From NCBI GenBank assembly GCA_963790475.1, contig CAWBOS010000010.1:864001-928000 (forward strand): DNA of 64,000 bases. Direction: 5' to 3'. The translations under genes and the position numbers were made by a program. Source of the DNA: an uncultured delta proteobacterium (lineage in GTDB: Bacteria > Desulfobacterota > RBG-13-43-22). Below the pieces are notes generated by a model. It was given only the letters and a program-made list of their open reading frames with translations, was not told the origin of the DNA and did no database searches. Shown here in pieces: positions 20,064 through 30,089 of the stretch (position 1 is its first letter; every line of letters begins with the position of its first letter).

Positions 20064-20839
20064 GTGATGACGACAAACTCACCCGGCGTAGTCTCCTGAC
20101 ACGCCTTCTGGCCGGCGCAGGCGTAGTGGTGCTTGGCGGCTGCGAAAAACTTTCGGAAACCACCTGGTTTCCCAAGGTGCTGGGTTTAGGCGAAAAGGCT
20201 ACCTATAAATTTCAAAGGCTGATCCTGCCGCGCAAAGCGATGGCGCAGGAATTCTCGGCAACCGATCTGTCACCCGCAATTCCGCAGCAACGGGACGTCA
20301 ATGCCGAAAAATCCGACATACATGGCGATGGCAGCCAGAGGATTTTACGGACTATCGCCTCAAGGTAGGCGGTCTGGTTGAACAGCCCATGACTTTTTCG
20401 CTGGCCGACATTCGAAAGCTTCTCCAGTCGTACTCAGATAACGCGCCACGATTGCGTTGAGGGGTGGAGCGCCATAGGCAAGTGGAAGGGGGCACGCCTC
20501 AGCGCACTGCTCGAAGCGGTCCATCTGAAACCCAATGCCCGTTATGTCGTTTTCCACTGCGCAGACCCGATGGAAGAAGATGGCAGCTCCCCCTATTACG
20601 AGAGCATCGACCTGGAAGACGCCTTTCACCCGCAGACGATACTCGCTTATGAGCTGAATGACAAACCATTGCCGATCCAGAACGGCGCGCCGCTTCGCTT
20701 GCGATTGGAGCGGCAGCTGGGCTACAAAATGGCGAAGTATGTCATGCGCCTTGAAATCGTCGAAGATTTTTCCGGGATAGCCGGGGGAAAAGGAGGATAC
20801 TGGGAAGATCAGGGATACGAGTGGTATGCCGGCATCTGA
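20060..20839 (+). CDS. Sulfite oxidase family (MsrP/YedY-like) molybdopterin oxidoreductase, Tat-exported, frameshifted
   Basis: LTRRSLL twin-Arg signal, QITRHDCVEGWS, GAPLRLRLERQLGYK, GGYWEDQGYEWYAGI. Confidence 0.8.
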
Positions 20840-20994
20840 GAAGGCCGGACCAAAATACGAGTACAGTTTCAAGGGCATCATCAAACTACTCGTATCTAAA
20901 TTTCTATTTGACTTTGAAATTAATTAACTATAGGTTATATTTGTAAAATATTATAGTTCAATTATTGGTCAATCCATAGAAGGGGAGGCCCATC

Positions 20995-22122
20995 TTGAAA
21001 AAATATATCCTGTTACTTTTTTGCTTTCTGCTGATCCCTTGGTCTGTAGAAGCCAAAGATCAAACGATCAATCTTAAGTATATGCCCCGAGAAAAGGTAA
21101 AGGTTAAGCCCAAGAATGTCTCGGCCGAAAGGATTTATTTCGAGGAAGTCGATGACACCCGCTCCAGACCGCAAGAAATCGGAGAGAATACGGAAAACAA
21201 AGATAAACCAGTCAAGATCCTGACTTCCCACGAAGATGGGGCCGGCCAGTTCACGCTTTCGGTCTTGAAAAATGAATTCCAGGACAAAGGTTTCAAGGTG
21301 GAAAGCAGATCCGGTGACGCTTCGAAAATAGTCAGCACCACCCTGTTGAAATTCTGGACTCAGGAAGAAAGCAATTATAACACTGAAATCCAACTCAGGG
21401 TCGAGATCAAAGAAAAAAGGGGGGAATATTATTTTAAAAGAACCTATTCCTCCAAGGGCACAAACAGAGGGAGGAGCCTCTCAGAGGTCAACTATGATGA
21501 ATGTATCAGTGATGCCCTGGCCAGACTGACGGACGACCTTTTTTCGGATTCGGAATTCCTCAGGGTACTGGCGGAAAGGCCAAGGCCGCCCCGGGTGGAA
21601 GAAAGACGAATCGATGAAAGAAAGCCGGAAGATAAAAAATTAGAAGATTTGAAGGCTGGAGAAAAGAAATTAGAAGAATTAAAGATGGAAGTAAAAAGAT
21701 TAGAGGAAATAAAAGCGGCAGAAAGACGCGCTAAAGAAAAACAAGACGAAGAAAAAAGAGCCGAAGAAAAACGGTTAAGAGATATAAAAGCGGAAGAAAA
21801 ACGGTTAGAGGAAAGAAAAGTGGAAGAAAGTCGCGTTAAAGAAAAACAAGACGAGGAAAAAAGATTAGAAGAAATAAGAATGGAAGTTCAAAGATTGGAA
21901 GAAAAAAAAGCGGAAGAGAAACTCGCGGAAGAAAAACGGGCTGAAGAATTAAAAGCTGAAGAAAAAAGATTGCAAGAAATAAAGGCGGAGGTAAAAAGAT
22001 TAGAAGACCTGAAGGCTGTAAAAGAAGGAATTAAAGCCGAGGGAAAACCGGCCAAAAAAGCGCCGGCACCGACCCCTGCCAAACCTAAACCGGTGATGGA
22101 GCCGGTCTTCGGCCCGAAATAA
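20995..22122 (+). CDS. Secreted protein with N-terminal globular domain and long E/K/R-rich helical repeat
   Basis: Signal peptide ending VEA; EEKRLEEIKA-type repeats; Pro-rich tail. Confidence 0.7.
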   Translation: MKKYILLLFCFLLIPWSVEAKDQTINLKYMPREKVKVKPKNVSAERIYFEEVDDTRSRPQEIGENTENKDKPVKILTSHEDGAGQFTLSVLKNEFQDKGFKVESRSGDASKIVSTTLLKFWTQEESNYNTEIQLRVEIKEKRGEYYFKRTYSSKGTNRGRSLSEVNYDECISDALARLTDDLFSDSEFLRVLAERPRPPRVEERRIDERKPEDKKLEDLKAGEKKLEELKMEVKRLEEIKAAERRAKEKQDEEKRAEEKRLRDIKAEEKRLEERKVEESRVKEKQDEEKRLEEIRMEVQRLEEKKAEEKLAEEKRAEELKAEEKRLQEIKAEVKRLEDLKAVKEGIKAEGKPAKKAPAPTPAKPKPVMEPVFGPK

Positions 22123-22124
22123 TT

Positions 22125-22377
22125 CCAGTTTTGTTCCTAACCCCTTCCCTCGCCGTGACTCTTCCACCCAAAATTGGCTGATCTCGCAGCACCCGCCCCA
22201 CGTGTGTCCACAAATGCCCGCGACGATTCGATTGCGATCATCCAGCTCAAAGATTCCCAGACCCTGGCCATCTGTAATCCCTGTCGTTCTTGAATTGAAC
22301 TCGTAGAGGCGATCTTCCTGGTACCGAACTTGTTCGGGCGTGGGGTTCGTCTCGACAATGAATTCCGATCTCGGCAT
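22125..22377 (-). pseudogene. GNAT acetyltransferase, C-terminally truncated
   Basis: AGGAGG RBS + ATG 22377; EDRLYEFN...WVEESRRGKGLGTKL, then collides with the convergent gene. Confidence 0.7.
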
Positions 22378-22381
22378 AAAT

Positions 22382-25018
22382 TCAAACCTCCTTGCCCAAT
22401 CGTTGTTCCCCCGTACTACTCCCGTTTTGATGCGGTTCGTTTTCCGGATTACGCTCGAAGGTATAATTGCCTTTGAAAAACTGATCCCGGCACCAATCGA
22501 TTTTCCGGTCATCATCCAGGACCATATCCAACAGCCGAACCGCCCCCATCAGACGCCCCAGAAGATCCAGTTTTTCCTGAATCATGTAGGAATTGAGTTT
22601 TTTTAGTTCCCCTTTGACCATATCCCCTTTTTGATTGACCGCGAAACCCATTTTTCTCAGGATGGAGGCGATTAGTATGGCCCTTCGGGACCGGCGTTCG
22701 ATGTCGGCCGCCCCGCCCTTGAAATAAAAAGTGACATAGTTATTGTTGATATTCTGGCCGCAATAGGTATCCAGGGTAGCAAAGTGGTAACCCAGGCGGG
22801 AGCTGAAGTTCAAATATTTTCCGGAGACCACGGCGTAACTGGGACCGCCCATATCTCCCTCCCTTTCCGGGTCATGCAGGATACTTTCCATCAAAATGGA
22901 CCCGAAACCGCCCCAACTCATCTTGTTCTGGCCTAGCCATTCTACTCCTTTATGGGTCATGCCCCGGTACAAAGCCTTGAAGGGTACGGAAAGGATCTGT
23001 TCCGGCCGGACTTCCCTCTGGTTTCGATCGATATCAAGTCCTTCCCCCAGATCGACGATATAGAGATCCAGGGGCAGGGGGGAGCGAAAACGGACCGAAA
23101 CCTTCTTGCCATCTTCAATGGTTTCTCCGATCTGAAACATCTCCTGCATAGCCATTTCATGGGCAAAACGGATAATATCATGGATTGTCTCACAGGACTG
23201 GGGATTGAAATTTTCCTGCTTGGGATCGATCAGATGCAAAGGGGCGACTTTTTGCAAGGTGGCCTTCAGGACTTTGTAAGTCGGGCTCCCTTTCATGGGA
23301 TTGTGGGGTTTGCCCTTTCCCAGAAGAGTTTCGATCCTGCCCTGAAAAACCAATCCCCTGGTGGCATCAACGGTTATCTCCTGGCCGTGGGGAATCAGGG
23401 TGGTGGCATTTTCCGTTCCAACCAGGGTGGGAATCTGGAATTCCCGGGCCACCGAGGCCATATGACCGGTGACGCTGCCCACATCGGTAATAATGGCCCT
23501 TACCCGCCCGATTATCGGCACATAACGGGGGGAGGTCTGGGGGGCAATCAAGATAGAACCATCCGGAATATTCAGGAGATTATGGTCCGATTTGATCACA
23601 TAGGCCAGGCCTGAGGCCACCCCGTTGGAAGCTGAAACTCCGCCTTTCAACAAAACAGGAAATCCCTCCTCCTGCTGATCGGCGTCCGGAGTCGGTTTGG
23701 AAAAGGACTGTTCGGTAAATCGCAGAGGCCGGGCCTGGAGGACATAGAGACGTTTATCCGCATCAATGGCCCATTCAATATCCAGAGGGAATTTATAATG
23801 ATCCTCCAGTCTAAAGGCGTAGTGAACCAGCAGCTGAATCTGGGAACGGCTCAAACAGGGTTTATCCATAAAGGCATGGGCCACCGGTTCCTGTTTAATT
23901 CCTTGAACCGGATCCGAGAAGACACGCGTTTCTTTTCGAACCACTTCCTCTTTTTCAATCTGACGGTTCGATTTACGGATCTGATAAAAATCGGCCGACT
24001 GGGAACCATCGACCAGGCCGACTCCCAGACCCCACACGGCACTGATCAGGATCACTTCATGCCCACTGTCATTGGGATCCAGGGTGTACATAACCCCGCT
24101 GACCTGGGCATCGATCATTTGGACACAGGCCACGCTCATAACCACGTCCTGATCCAGGTAACCTTTACTGCGCCGGTAATAAATGGCCCGAGGGTTGAAA
24201 GTGCTGGCCACCACTTCCTTATAGGCCTCGAACAATGTATCCTCGGCCACGTTTAAGACCGTGGAATGCTGCCCGGCAAAACTGGCTTCCGAATCTTCGC
24301 TGGTGGCACTGCTTCTGACTGCCAGGCGCAAGGGTCCGGTAATTTTTTCTTTTAATTCCTTAATGGCCCCGAGGAGGTCCTGTTCAAGATTCGGGGGAAT
24401 CCGACCCGAAATAATGAAGGATCGAATTTCCTCACTGACTTGCATGAGTTTTTCCGTATCGTTGACCTCGAGGTTCTTCAATGCCTTTTCGATCCGTTCC
24501 GGGAAGTGATTAAACTCCAGGAAAACCTGACAGGCGTAGGCCGTCACGGCAAAACCCCGGGGGACCGGAAGTTTGACCCGGCTTAGGATTTCCCCCAAGT
24601 TGGCCGCCTTTCCACCAACCTCGGGCACATGCTCCTGACCGATCCGGTCCAGGGGCAGGACCAGTCGGGTCGGCACGATTGTCTTTTTGGTCCCCGGTCC
24701 TTGACGGACCTCCAGGCCCACCTTTTCCACGGCTTCAAACAGGTCAAGAAATTTCGCCCCGGCCAGGGCATTGAGGTCCTCAGCAATACGGCAGGTTGAT
24801 TCGATCAGGTTTTCGCCCTGAGTCCGGACATGGTTCAAGGACACCGGCTGGTCTTCATAGAAAATATGCTCCAGGTCGGTGATGATATCCAGGGCCTTGT
24901 TGTTTCCGGTCAGGACGGCCTTAAAATGGTTGTACTTGAGGGTCAGAAAGGTCTTTTCGGGCGATAAGCTGGAAACCGCTTTACTTTTCTTAAAAATATC
25001 GAGAATTCTGAACATCAA
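22382..25018 (-). CDS. PEP-utilising / pyruvate-water dikinase-like protein
   Basis: VGGKAANLGE, AVRSSA, SFAGQH, DIEWA..LQARP ATP-grasp motifs; GSVTGHMASVAREF phospho-His domain. Confidence 0.88.
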   Translation of the reverse strand: MMFRILDIFKKSKAVSSLSPEKTFLTLKYNHFKAVLTGNNKALDIITDLEHIFYEDQPVSLNHVRTQGENLIESTCRIAEDLNALAGAKFLDLFEAVEKVGLEVRQGPGTKKTIVPTRLVLPLDRIGQEHVPEVGGKAANLGEILSRVKLPVPRGFAVTAYACQVFLEFNHFPERIEKALKNLEVNDTEKLMQVSEEIRSFIISGRIPPNLEQDLLGAIKELKEKITGPLRLAVRSSATSEDSEASFAGQHSTVLNVAEDTLFEAYKEVVASTFNPRAIYYRRSKGYLDQDVVMSVACVQMIDAQVSGVMYTLDPNDSGHEVILISAVWGLGVGLVDGSQSADFYQIRKSNRQIEKEEVVRKETRVFSDPVQGIKQEPVAHAFMDKPCLSRSQIQLLVHYAFRLEDHYKFPLDIEWAIDADKRLYVLQARPLRFTEQSFSKPTPDADQQEEGFPVLLKGGVSASNGVASGLAYVIKSDHNLLNIPDGSILIAPQTSPRYVPIIGRVRAIITDVGSVTGHMASVAREFQIPTLVGTENATTLIPHGQEITVDATRGLVFQGRIETLLGKGKPHNPMKGSPTYKVLKATLQKVAPLHLIDPKQENFNPQSCETIHDIIRFAHEMAMQEMFQIGETIEDGKKVSVRFRSPLPLDLYIVDLGEGLDIDRNQREVRPEQILSVPFKALYRGMTHKGVEWLGQNKMSWGGFGSILMESILHDPEREGDMGGPSYAVVSGKYLNFSSRLGYHFATLDTYCGQNINNNYVTFYFKGGAADIERRSRRAILIASILRKMGFAVNQKGDMVKGELKKLNSYMIQEKLDLLGRLMGAVRLLDMVLDDDRKIDWCRDQFFKGNYTFERNPENEPHQNGSSTGEQRLGKEV

Positions 25019-25159
25019 ATAATCCCCGGCGATTACAATAAACCCTCATCGAACAAACATTTGACAATTGCTTGATTTTTGTTTATTTATTAAACAATAT
25101 CAGCTTTCTTTTTGGCAAGTCATTTTGTATTGGATTCGGGTTATTTCGCAAGATGCCGT

Positions 25160-25681
25160 ATGGCGGACTCTCAATATTTTATTCCCACATTAATCGAAGT
25201 TATTCCTGCGCCAGCGGAGCAGGAGCCGATCCTGGCTAATTTGCTTGAGCTTTATGCCCACGATTTCAGCGAGTATATGGAACTGGAGCTTGGCCCGGAC
25301 GGGCGATTTGGCTATGAGCATCTTCCTCTCTACTGGAAAGAGGATGGCCGTCATCCTCTTCTCATTAAAGTCAGCGGCAGTCTGGCCGGGTTTGCTCTGG
25401 TGAGCATGGGTTCGCGAATCTCCGGCGCTGAAAATGTCCGGGATATGACTGAATTCTTCATTATTCGCGGTCGTCGCCGACTGGGGGTAGGGACAAAAGC
25501 GGCCCAGGCCATTTAGAAAAGGTTCCCGGGAAAGTGGGAAGTGCGCGTTAGAGACCGAAATCGAGCAGCGAAAGAGTTCTGGGCGGGTACCATTACTGCT
25601 TTTATCGGTAAGCCGATTCACCCGCTGGTTCTCGAAAAAAAAGGAGAACTCTGGCAGGTATTTTCCTTTGAATCGGATTAA
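25160..25681 (+). pseudogene. GNAT acetyltransferase with an in-frame TAG at 25514-25516
   Basis: LELYAHDFSE, EFFI.RGRRRLGVG; frame continues *KRFPGKWEVRV...FW to TAA 25681. Confidence 0.75.
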
Positions 25682-25892
25682 GGAACTAATGCTCATCCGG
25701 AAATGATATTTTCGGATGAGGCTATTAGCGTTCAGCGGTCAGCTTTTAGAGAAATCTTTTTAAAAGTGTTTTTGCTGACTGCTAAATGCTGAAAGCCGTC
25801 CGCTCCATCTGCAAATCCGAGGTTTCCGGATAAAAACCAACTATAAATCAAGCAACAAATCAGATACTCCATTCTCGAGGTAACTTCCCGTA

Positions 25893-26789
25893 ATGCGCTA
25901 CACCGACCTTCAGGCCTCAGGTGAGCTCAGACGCCGAGCCGAGGAGGCGGGCCTCTGGCTTCTCCACTGCATCGTGTGTCCGCACCAATGCGAAACCGAC
26001 CGCACCAGAGAGCCAGGGGCCTTTTGCCGGGCCAGCGACCGCGTTCGTGTCGTCTCTTTCGGCCCCCATTTTGGCGAGGAGCGGCCGCTGGTGGGAAGAG
26101 GCGGGAGTGGCACCATTTTTTTCGGCAGGTGCAACCTGAGCTGCGTCTATTGTCAGAACTATGATATTTCGCAGGCCGATTCCGGCAAGGAGGTCTCCGC
26201 CCGGGATCTGGCGGACATCATGCTCCGGGTGCAGGAAATGGGCTGTGAGAACCTCAATCTGGTATCGCCAACGCATTACACGCCCCAGATCCTGGACGCC
26301 CTCGACCTGGCAGCAAAGCACGGATTGCGCCTCCCGCTGGTCTGGAATACCGGCACCTTCGAGCGGCTGGAGACATTAGGGCTGCTTGACGGAGTCGTAG
26401 ACATATATCTGCCCGACACCAAGTATGCGGATCCGCAAGTCGCCCGGCGTCTTTCAGGTGCCCCCGCCTACCCGCAACGAATGCGCGAGGCCCTTCGGGA
26501 GATGCACCGGCAGGTCGGTGACCTGATCATTGACGAGCTTGGAGTCGCCCTCCGCGGGCTTATCGTCCGCCACCTGGTGCTGCCCGGCGGGCTGGCCGGC
26601 ACCGCCGATACCATGCGCTTCATCGCCGAGGAGCTTTCGCCGGATACCTACGTCAACGTCATGGGGCAGTACCGCCCGGAGTACCGGGCGCAAGAGTACC
26701 CCGAGATCGCCCGATCAGTTACCGTGGAAGAGGTCATCGAAGGCAAGCGTCTCGCTCGCCAGGCTGGGCTGCACAGGCTGGATTGTTGA
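25893..26789 (+). CDS. Radical SAM protein, PflX-like
   Basis: HFGEE..L.G.GGSGTIFF, CNLSCVYCQN, DIYLPD.KY, RHLVLPGG; visibly more GC-rich than its flanks. Confidence 0.9.
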   Translation: MRYTDLQASGELRRRAEEAGLWLLHCIVCPHQCETDRTREPGAFCRASDRVRVVSFGPHFGEERPLVGRGGSGTIFFGRCNLSCVYCQNYDISQADSGKEVSARDLADIMLRVQEMGCENLNLVSPTHYTPQILDALDLAAKHGLRLPLVWNTGTFERLETLGLLDGVVDIYLPDTKYADPQVARRLSGAPAYPQRMREALREMHRQVGDLIIDELGVALRGLIVRHLVLPGGLAGTADTMRFIAEELSPDTYVNVMGQYRPEYRAQEYPEIARSVTVEEVIEGKRLARQAGLHRLDC

Positions 26790-26900
26790 GTACGACCCGC
26801 CCCGAACCTTCATTCCCTGGGGTCGGGCTACGCAAACAATTTAGAATAAGATGATAATTATTCAACAAAGAGCTTTTTTAAAACCTATGCGGATATTATT

Positions 26901-27344
26901 TTATTTTTTGAAAAGTAAGCCCTCTAACGGAGCACCCGTCTCCCCCTCCCAGACAGCGTGCAATTCTTTCCCGACAATACTTAATTTCACCTTACCGTTC
27001 TTCAACTCAAGAATAATGGAGGTTTCTTCGACTCTTCCTACTGTCCTGATGTTTCCCGCAGCTGATCCCTGTCTCGGTCCCCACGACCACACTACGGTTG
27101 CCTTTGTCGAATCGACCTTTTCTACCACTACAGTAAGATTCCTTCCGACAGGCCGCCTCCTTTCGTTTGGAAAAGAGCCCTCCCAGACGCCTGAGAAAAC
27201 CCTTAATTCAGGAGGAACATCATCTCCGGGTTTTATAATGTTTATGTTGTTAGGCAACGGCGTCCATTCCGCCATTGCCATTGTGGGCATAAAACAAAAG
27301 AGTCCCCAACAAGCTGCCAGCAAAAAAAATAATTTTCTTTTCAT
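26901..27344 (-). CDS. Hypothetical secreted protein
   Basis: RBS + MKRKLFF signal peptide ending AMA; FSGVWEG motif. Confidence 0.6.
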   Translation of the reverse strand: MKRKLFFLLAACWGLFCFMPTMAMAEWTPLPNNINIIKPGDDVPPELRVFSGVWEGSFPNERRRPVGRNLTVVVEKVDSTKATVVWSWGPRQGSAAGNIRTVGRVEETSIILELKNGKVKLSIVGKELHAVWEGETGAPLEGLLFKK

Positions 27345-27594
27345 TTTTCTTTCTCCCTTGCCGGTTTTCAAAAAAGTTTTTGCATATTTTTAATATTAAA
27401 AATTTATCTCTCTCCTGAGGAATGGGGTCTAGTATTCTTTTATTGGAATTACTTAAGGCATTACCTTCCGAGATAGCGTAAGATGGGGGACGGGTTCAAA
27501 TTTTTCTGAGAGGTCAGGTAGAAAGCCCAGAATGGGAACCTGTCCCCGTTTGTTTACAAAAATAGAAATGGTTCGACCGCCGGAACCATCCCGG

Positions 27595-28605
27595 CTATAT
27601 CCCTTTCTGCTCCATTAAATTGGCCAGGTCGGCCACCCGGCAGGAATAACCCCATTCATTATCATACCAGGTGACGATCTTGGCCATGTTTTTCTGCAAC
27701 ACCTGGGTGAACTCCAGGTCCACAATGGAGGAATGTTCATCGCCTTTGAAATCCATGGAGACCAGCGGTTCTTCCTCACAAGCCATAATTCCCTTTAAGG
27801 CCGATTGGGCGGCTTTTTTTAGTACCTCCCGAAGTTCCTCAGTCTGAGTCTCATTTTTCAGTTCCACGGTAAGGTCCACCACCGAGACGGTCGGGGTAGG
27901 GACCCGCAGGGAATAGCCGTCAAGGCGGCCGGCCAGGTCGGGAATAACCAAAGACAGTGCCCTGGCAGCGCCGGTGGTGGTGGGAATGATATTCTGTCCG
28001 GCGGCCCGGGCCCGGCGCAGATCCTTATGAGGCAGATCCAGGATACGCTGATCATTGGTATAGGAATGGATGGTAACCATCATACCTTTTTCGATGCCGA
28101 AGGCTTGATGGATGACCAGGGCCGGAGGGGCCAGACAGTTGGTAGTACAGGAGGCATTGGAAACAATATGATGTTTTTTAGCTTCATAAGCCCCCTGGTT
28201 GACTCCTAAAACCACCGTCAGGTCAACTTCCGTGGCCGGAGCGGAGATAATGACTTTTTTAGCCCCGGCCTCCAGGTGGGCCGCGGCTTTGGGGCCGCTG
28301 GTAAACAAACCCGTGCTTTCAATGACGATCTCCACTCCTTCTTCGTCCCAGGGAATAGCCGCCGGGTCACGATAGGCAAAGCACTTGATTGGCTTTTTGT
28401 TGATATAAAAAAGTTCCTTTTCAACAGTAATATCGCCCACGAATCTTCCATAGTTGGTGTCGTATTTGAAAAGATGGGCATTGGTTTCCGTATCAAAAAG
28501 ATCGTTAATGGCTACCACCTGCAGAGTTCTCGGATATTTTTCCAGAACGGCCTTCAATACTTGTCGTCCAATTCGGCCAAAACCATTTATCCCAAGGCGT
28601 ATCAT
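27595..28605 (-). CDS. gap: Type I glyceraldehyde-3-phosphate dehydrogenase
   Basis: [29 protein letters not shown]. Confidence 0.97.
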   Translation of the reverse strand: MIRLGINGFGRIGRQVLKAVLEKYPRTLQVVAINDLFDTETNAHLFKYDTNYGRFVGDITVEKELFYINKKPIKCFAYRDPAAIPWDEEGVEIVIESTGLFTSGPKAAAHLEAGAKKVIISAPATEVDLTVVLGVNQGAYEAKKHHIVSNASCTTNCLAPPALVIHQAFGIEKGMMVTIHSYTNDQRILDLPHKDLRRARAAGQNIIPTTTGAARALSLVIPDLAGRLDGYSLRVPTPTVSVVDLTVELKNETQTEELREVLKKAAQSALKGIMACEEEPLVSMDFKGDEHSSIVDLEFTQVLQKNMAKIVTWYDNEWGYSCRVADLANLMEQKGI

Positions 28606-28619
28606 CGGTTTTCTCCTTT

Positions 28620-29183
28620 CTAATTATCATCCAGACGGTATTTGGCGGCCGAAAGCAGGTCGCACTCGGTTTTGAGATTTTGATGAAGCCGGGCATTCTC
28701 AATAGCCAGGGTGCTTAAGCTGGCTACCGCCTCCAGGAATTGAATATCCTTATCACTGAATTCATGGACCTTTTCCGTATAGACTCTCATGACCCCGATG
28801 ACTTTTTTCCCGATCCCCATGGGAACCACCAAAACGGACCTGATCCCTTCTTCCCGAGCCCGTCCTCCATACTGGAAATTTTTATCGGTCTGAGCATCCT
28901 TAATATAAAAGGATTTACCTTTCAGGGCCTTGCGATCCAAACCGCTTTTTTCCACCAGGACCGGTCCTTTCCGGATATACCCATCGGACAAACCATAGGT
29001 GGCGGCCAGGAGCAACTTCTTCTTTCGACGGTCCAAGAGGCGCAAGGAACTGGCCTTGACCCCCATGGTTTCGGTTATACAACGGACAATTTCCGACAAA
29101 ACTTGGGGCAGTTCCAGAGTAGCGTTAATAACTTTGGCCACGTTGTACAGGGCCGCAAAATAATCCAATTTCTTTTTCTTCAT
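28620..29183 (-). CDS. Stand-alone GAF domain protein
   Basis: [30 protein letters not shown]. Confidence 0.85.
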   Translation of the reverse strand: MKKKKLDYFAALYNVAKVINATLELPQVLSEIVRCITETMGVKASSLRLLDRRKKKLLLAATYGLSDGYIRKGPVLVEKSGLDRKALKGKSFYIKDAQTDKNFQYGGRAREEGIRSVLVVPMGIGKKVIGVMRVYTEKVHEFSDKDIQFLEAVASLSTLAIENARLHQNLKTECDLLSAAKYRLDDN

Positions 29184-29403
29184 CCCTCTTCTCCTTTCAC
29201 CACTTGATACAAAAGATTCTTTATGACAGCTGTTTAGACCATTGTAATGGATGATGTTAAGAATTCAAGAAGATAATTTTGTCCATGGTCTAAATGAGTG
29301 ACGGAGAAGGGCTCCTGGAAGCCTTCAGGTTCTTTCCGGCGAATGCCCTTTCGGTGGATTATCTGATCGATGCCCCGTACTAAAAAAATTAACCTTTGTT
29401 TAG

Positions 29404-30089
29404 TTGATTTAGAAACCCCCGCCCTAAGGGCGGGGTCATGTGGACTGGCTATGCCGGTCCCGAATGGGCTTGGCTGAAAGCCCACCCACTGCTATTTTTT
29501 CCATCGAGTTGTTGCCGCAACATCGAAAGAAAGGAGATAGCAGTGAGTAGATTCCGAAAATTATCACATACCATATGGCATTGTCAGTATCATATTGTCT
29601 GGGTTCCGAAATATCGCTATCAGATATTGGCTGGGAACATCGGGGAAACGATGGCCAGCGGGATCCAAGCGATTTGCGGGTATGCGGGTTGTGAAGTTAA
29701 CGAGTTGAATGTTCAAAAGGATCATATTCATCTGGTAGCCATGGTTCCGCCCGAAGTATCGATATCGGACTTGATGGGGCGGGTCAAGGGTCAGACATCG
29801 ATGAAAATGTTTAACCAGTATCGGCAGTTGCGGAAGAAGCCGTATTGGGGTAATCATTTTTGGACCCCGGGGTATTGTGTGGATACCGTTGGAATGGATG
29901 AGGAACTGATCCGGAAGTATGTCCGGTATCAAGAGGAAAAAGAAAAACAGTTCGAACAATTGCACTTGAATTTGTAGATCATCCATAACGCGGCACAACT
30001 CGGAAGCCCTGCCTCCTCAGGGGGCAGGGCCATTGCCCCCCTATGGGGGGCCCAGTTAAAGCCACGCCCTATGGGCGTGGATTATTTAC
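29404..30089 (+). mobile_element. IS200/IS605 family element, tnpA-only (IS200 group)
   Basis: Left hairpin CCCCGCCC-TAA-GGGCGGGG (29417-29435); right hairpin CCACGCCC-TAT-GGGCGTGG (30062-30080) preceded by AAAG and ending TTAC (30086-30089); left boundary uncertain by about 7 nt. Confidence 0.85.
29543..29977 (+). CDS. tnpA: IS200/IS605 family Y1 HUH transposase
   Basis: YHIVWVPKYR, DHIH (HUH), FWTPGY, YVRYQ; AAGGAG RBS + GTG. Confidence 0.95.
   Translation: MSRFRKLSHTIWHCQYHIVWVPKYRYQILAGNIGETMASGIQAICGYAGCEVNELNVQKDHIHLVAMVPPEVSISDLMGRVKGQTSMKMFNQYRQLRKKPYWGNHFWTPGYCVDTVGMDEELIRKYVRYQEEKEKQFEQLHLNL

Noticed and set aside
21590-22030. CRISPR array or non-coding tandem repeat
   Set aside because: The repeats are degenerate in-frame codons of a charged helix with no unique spacers; no cas genes in the window
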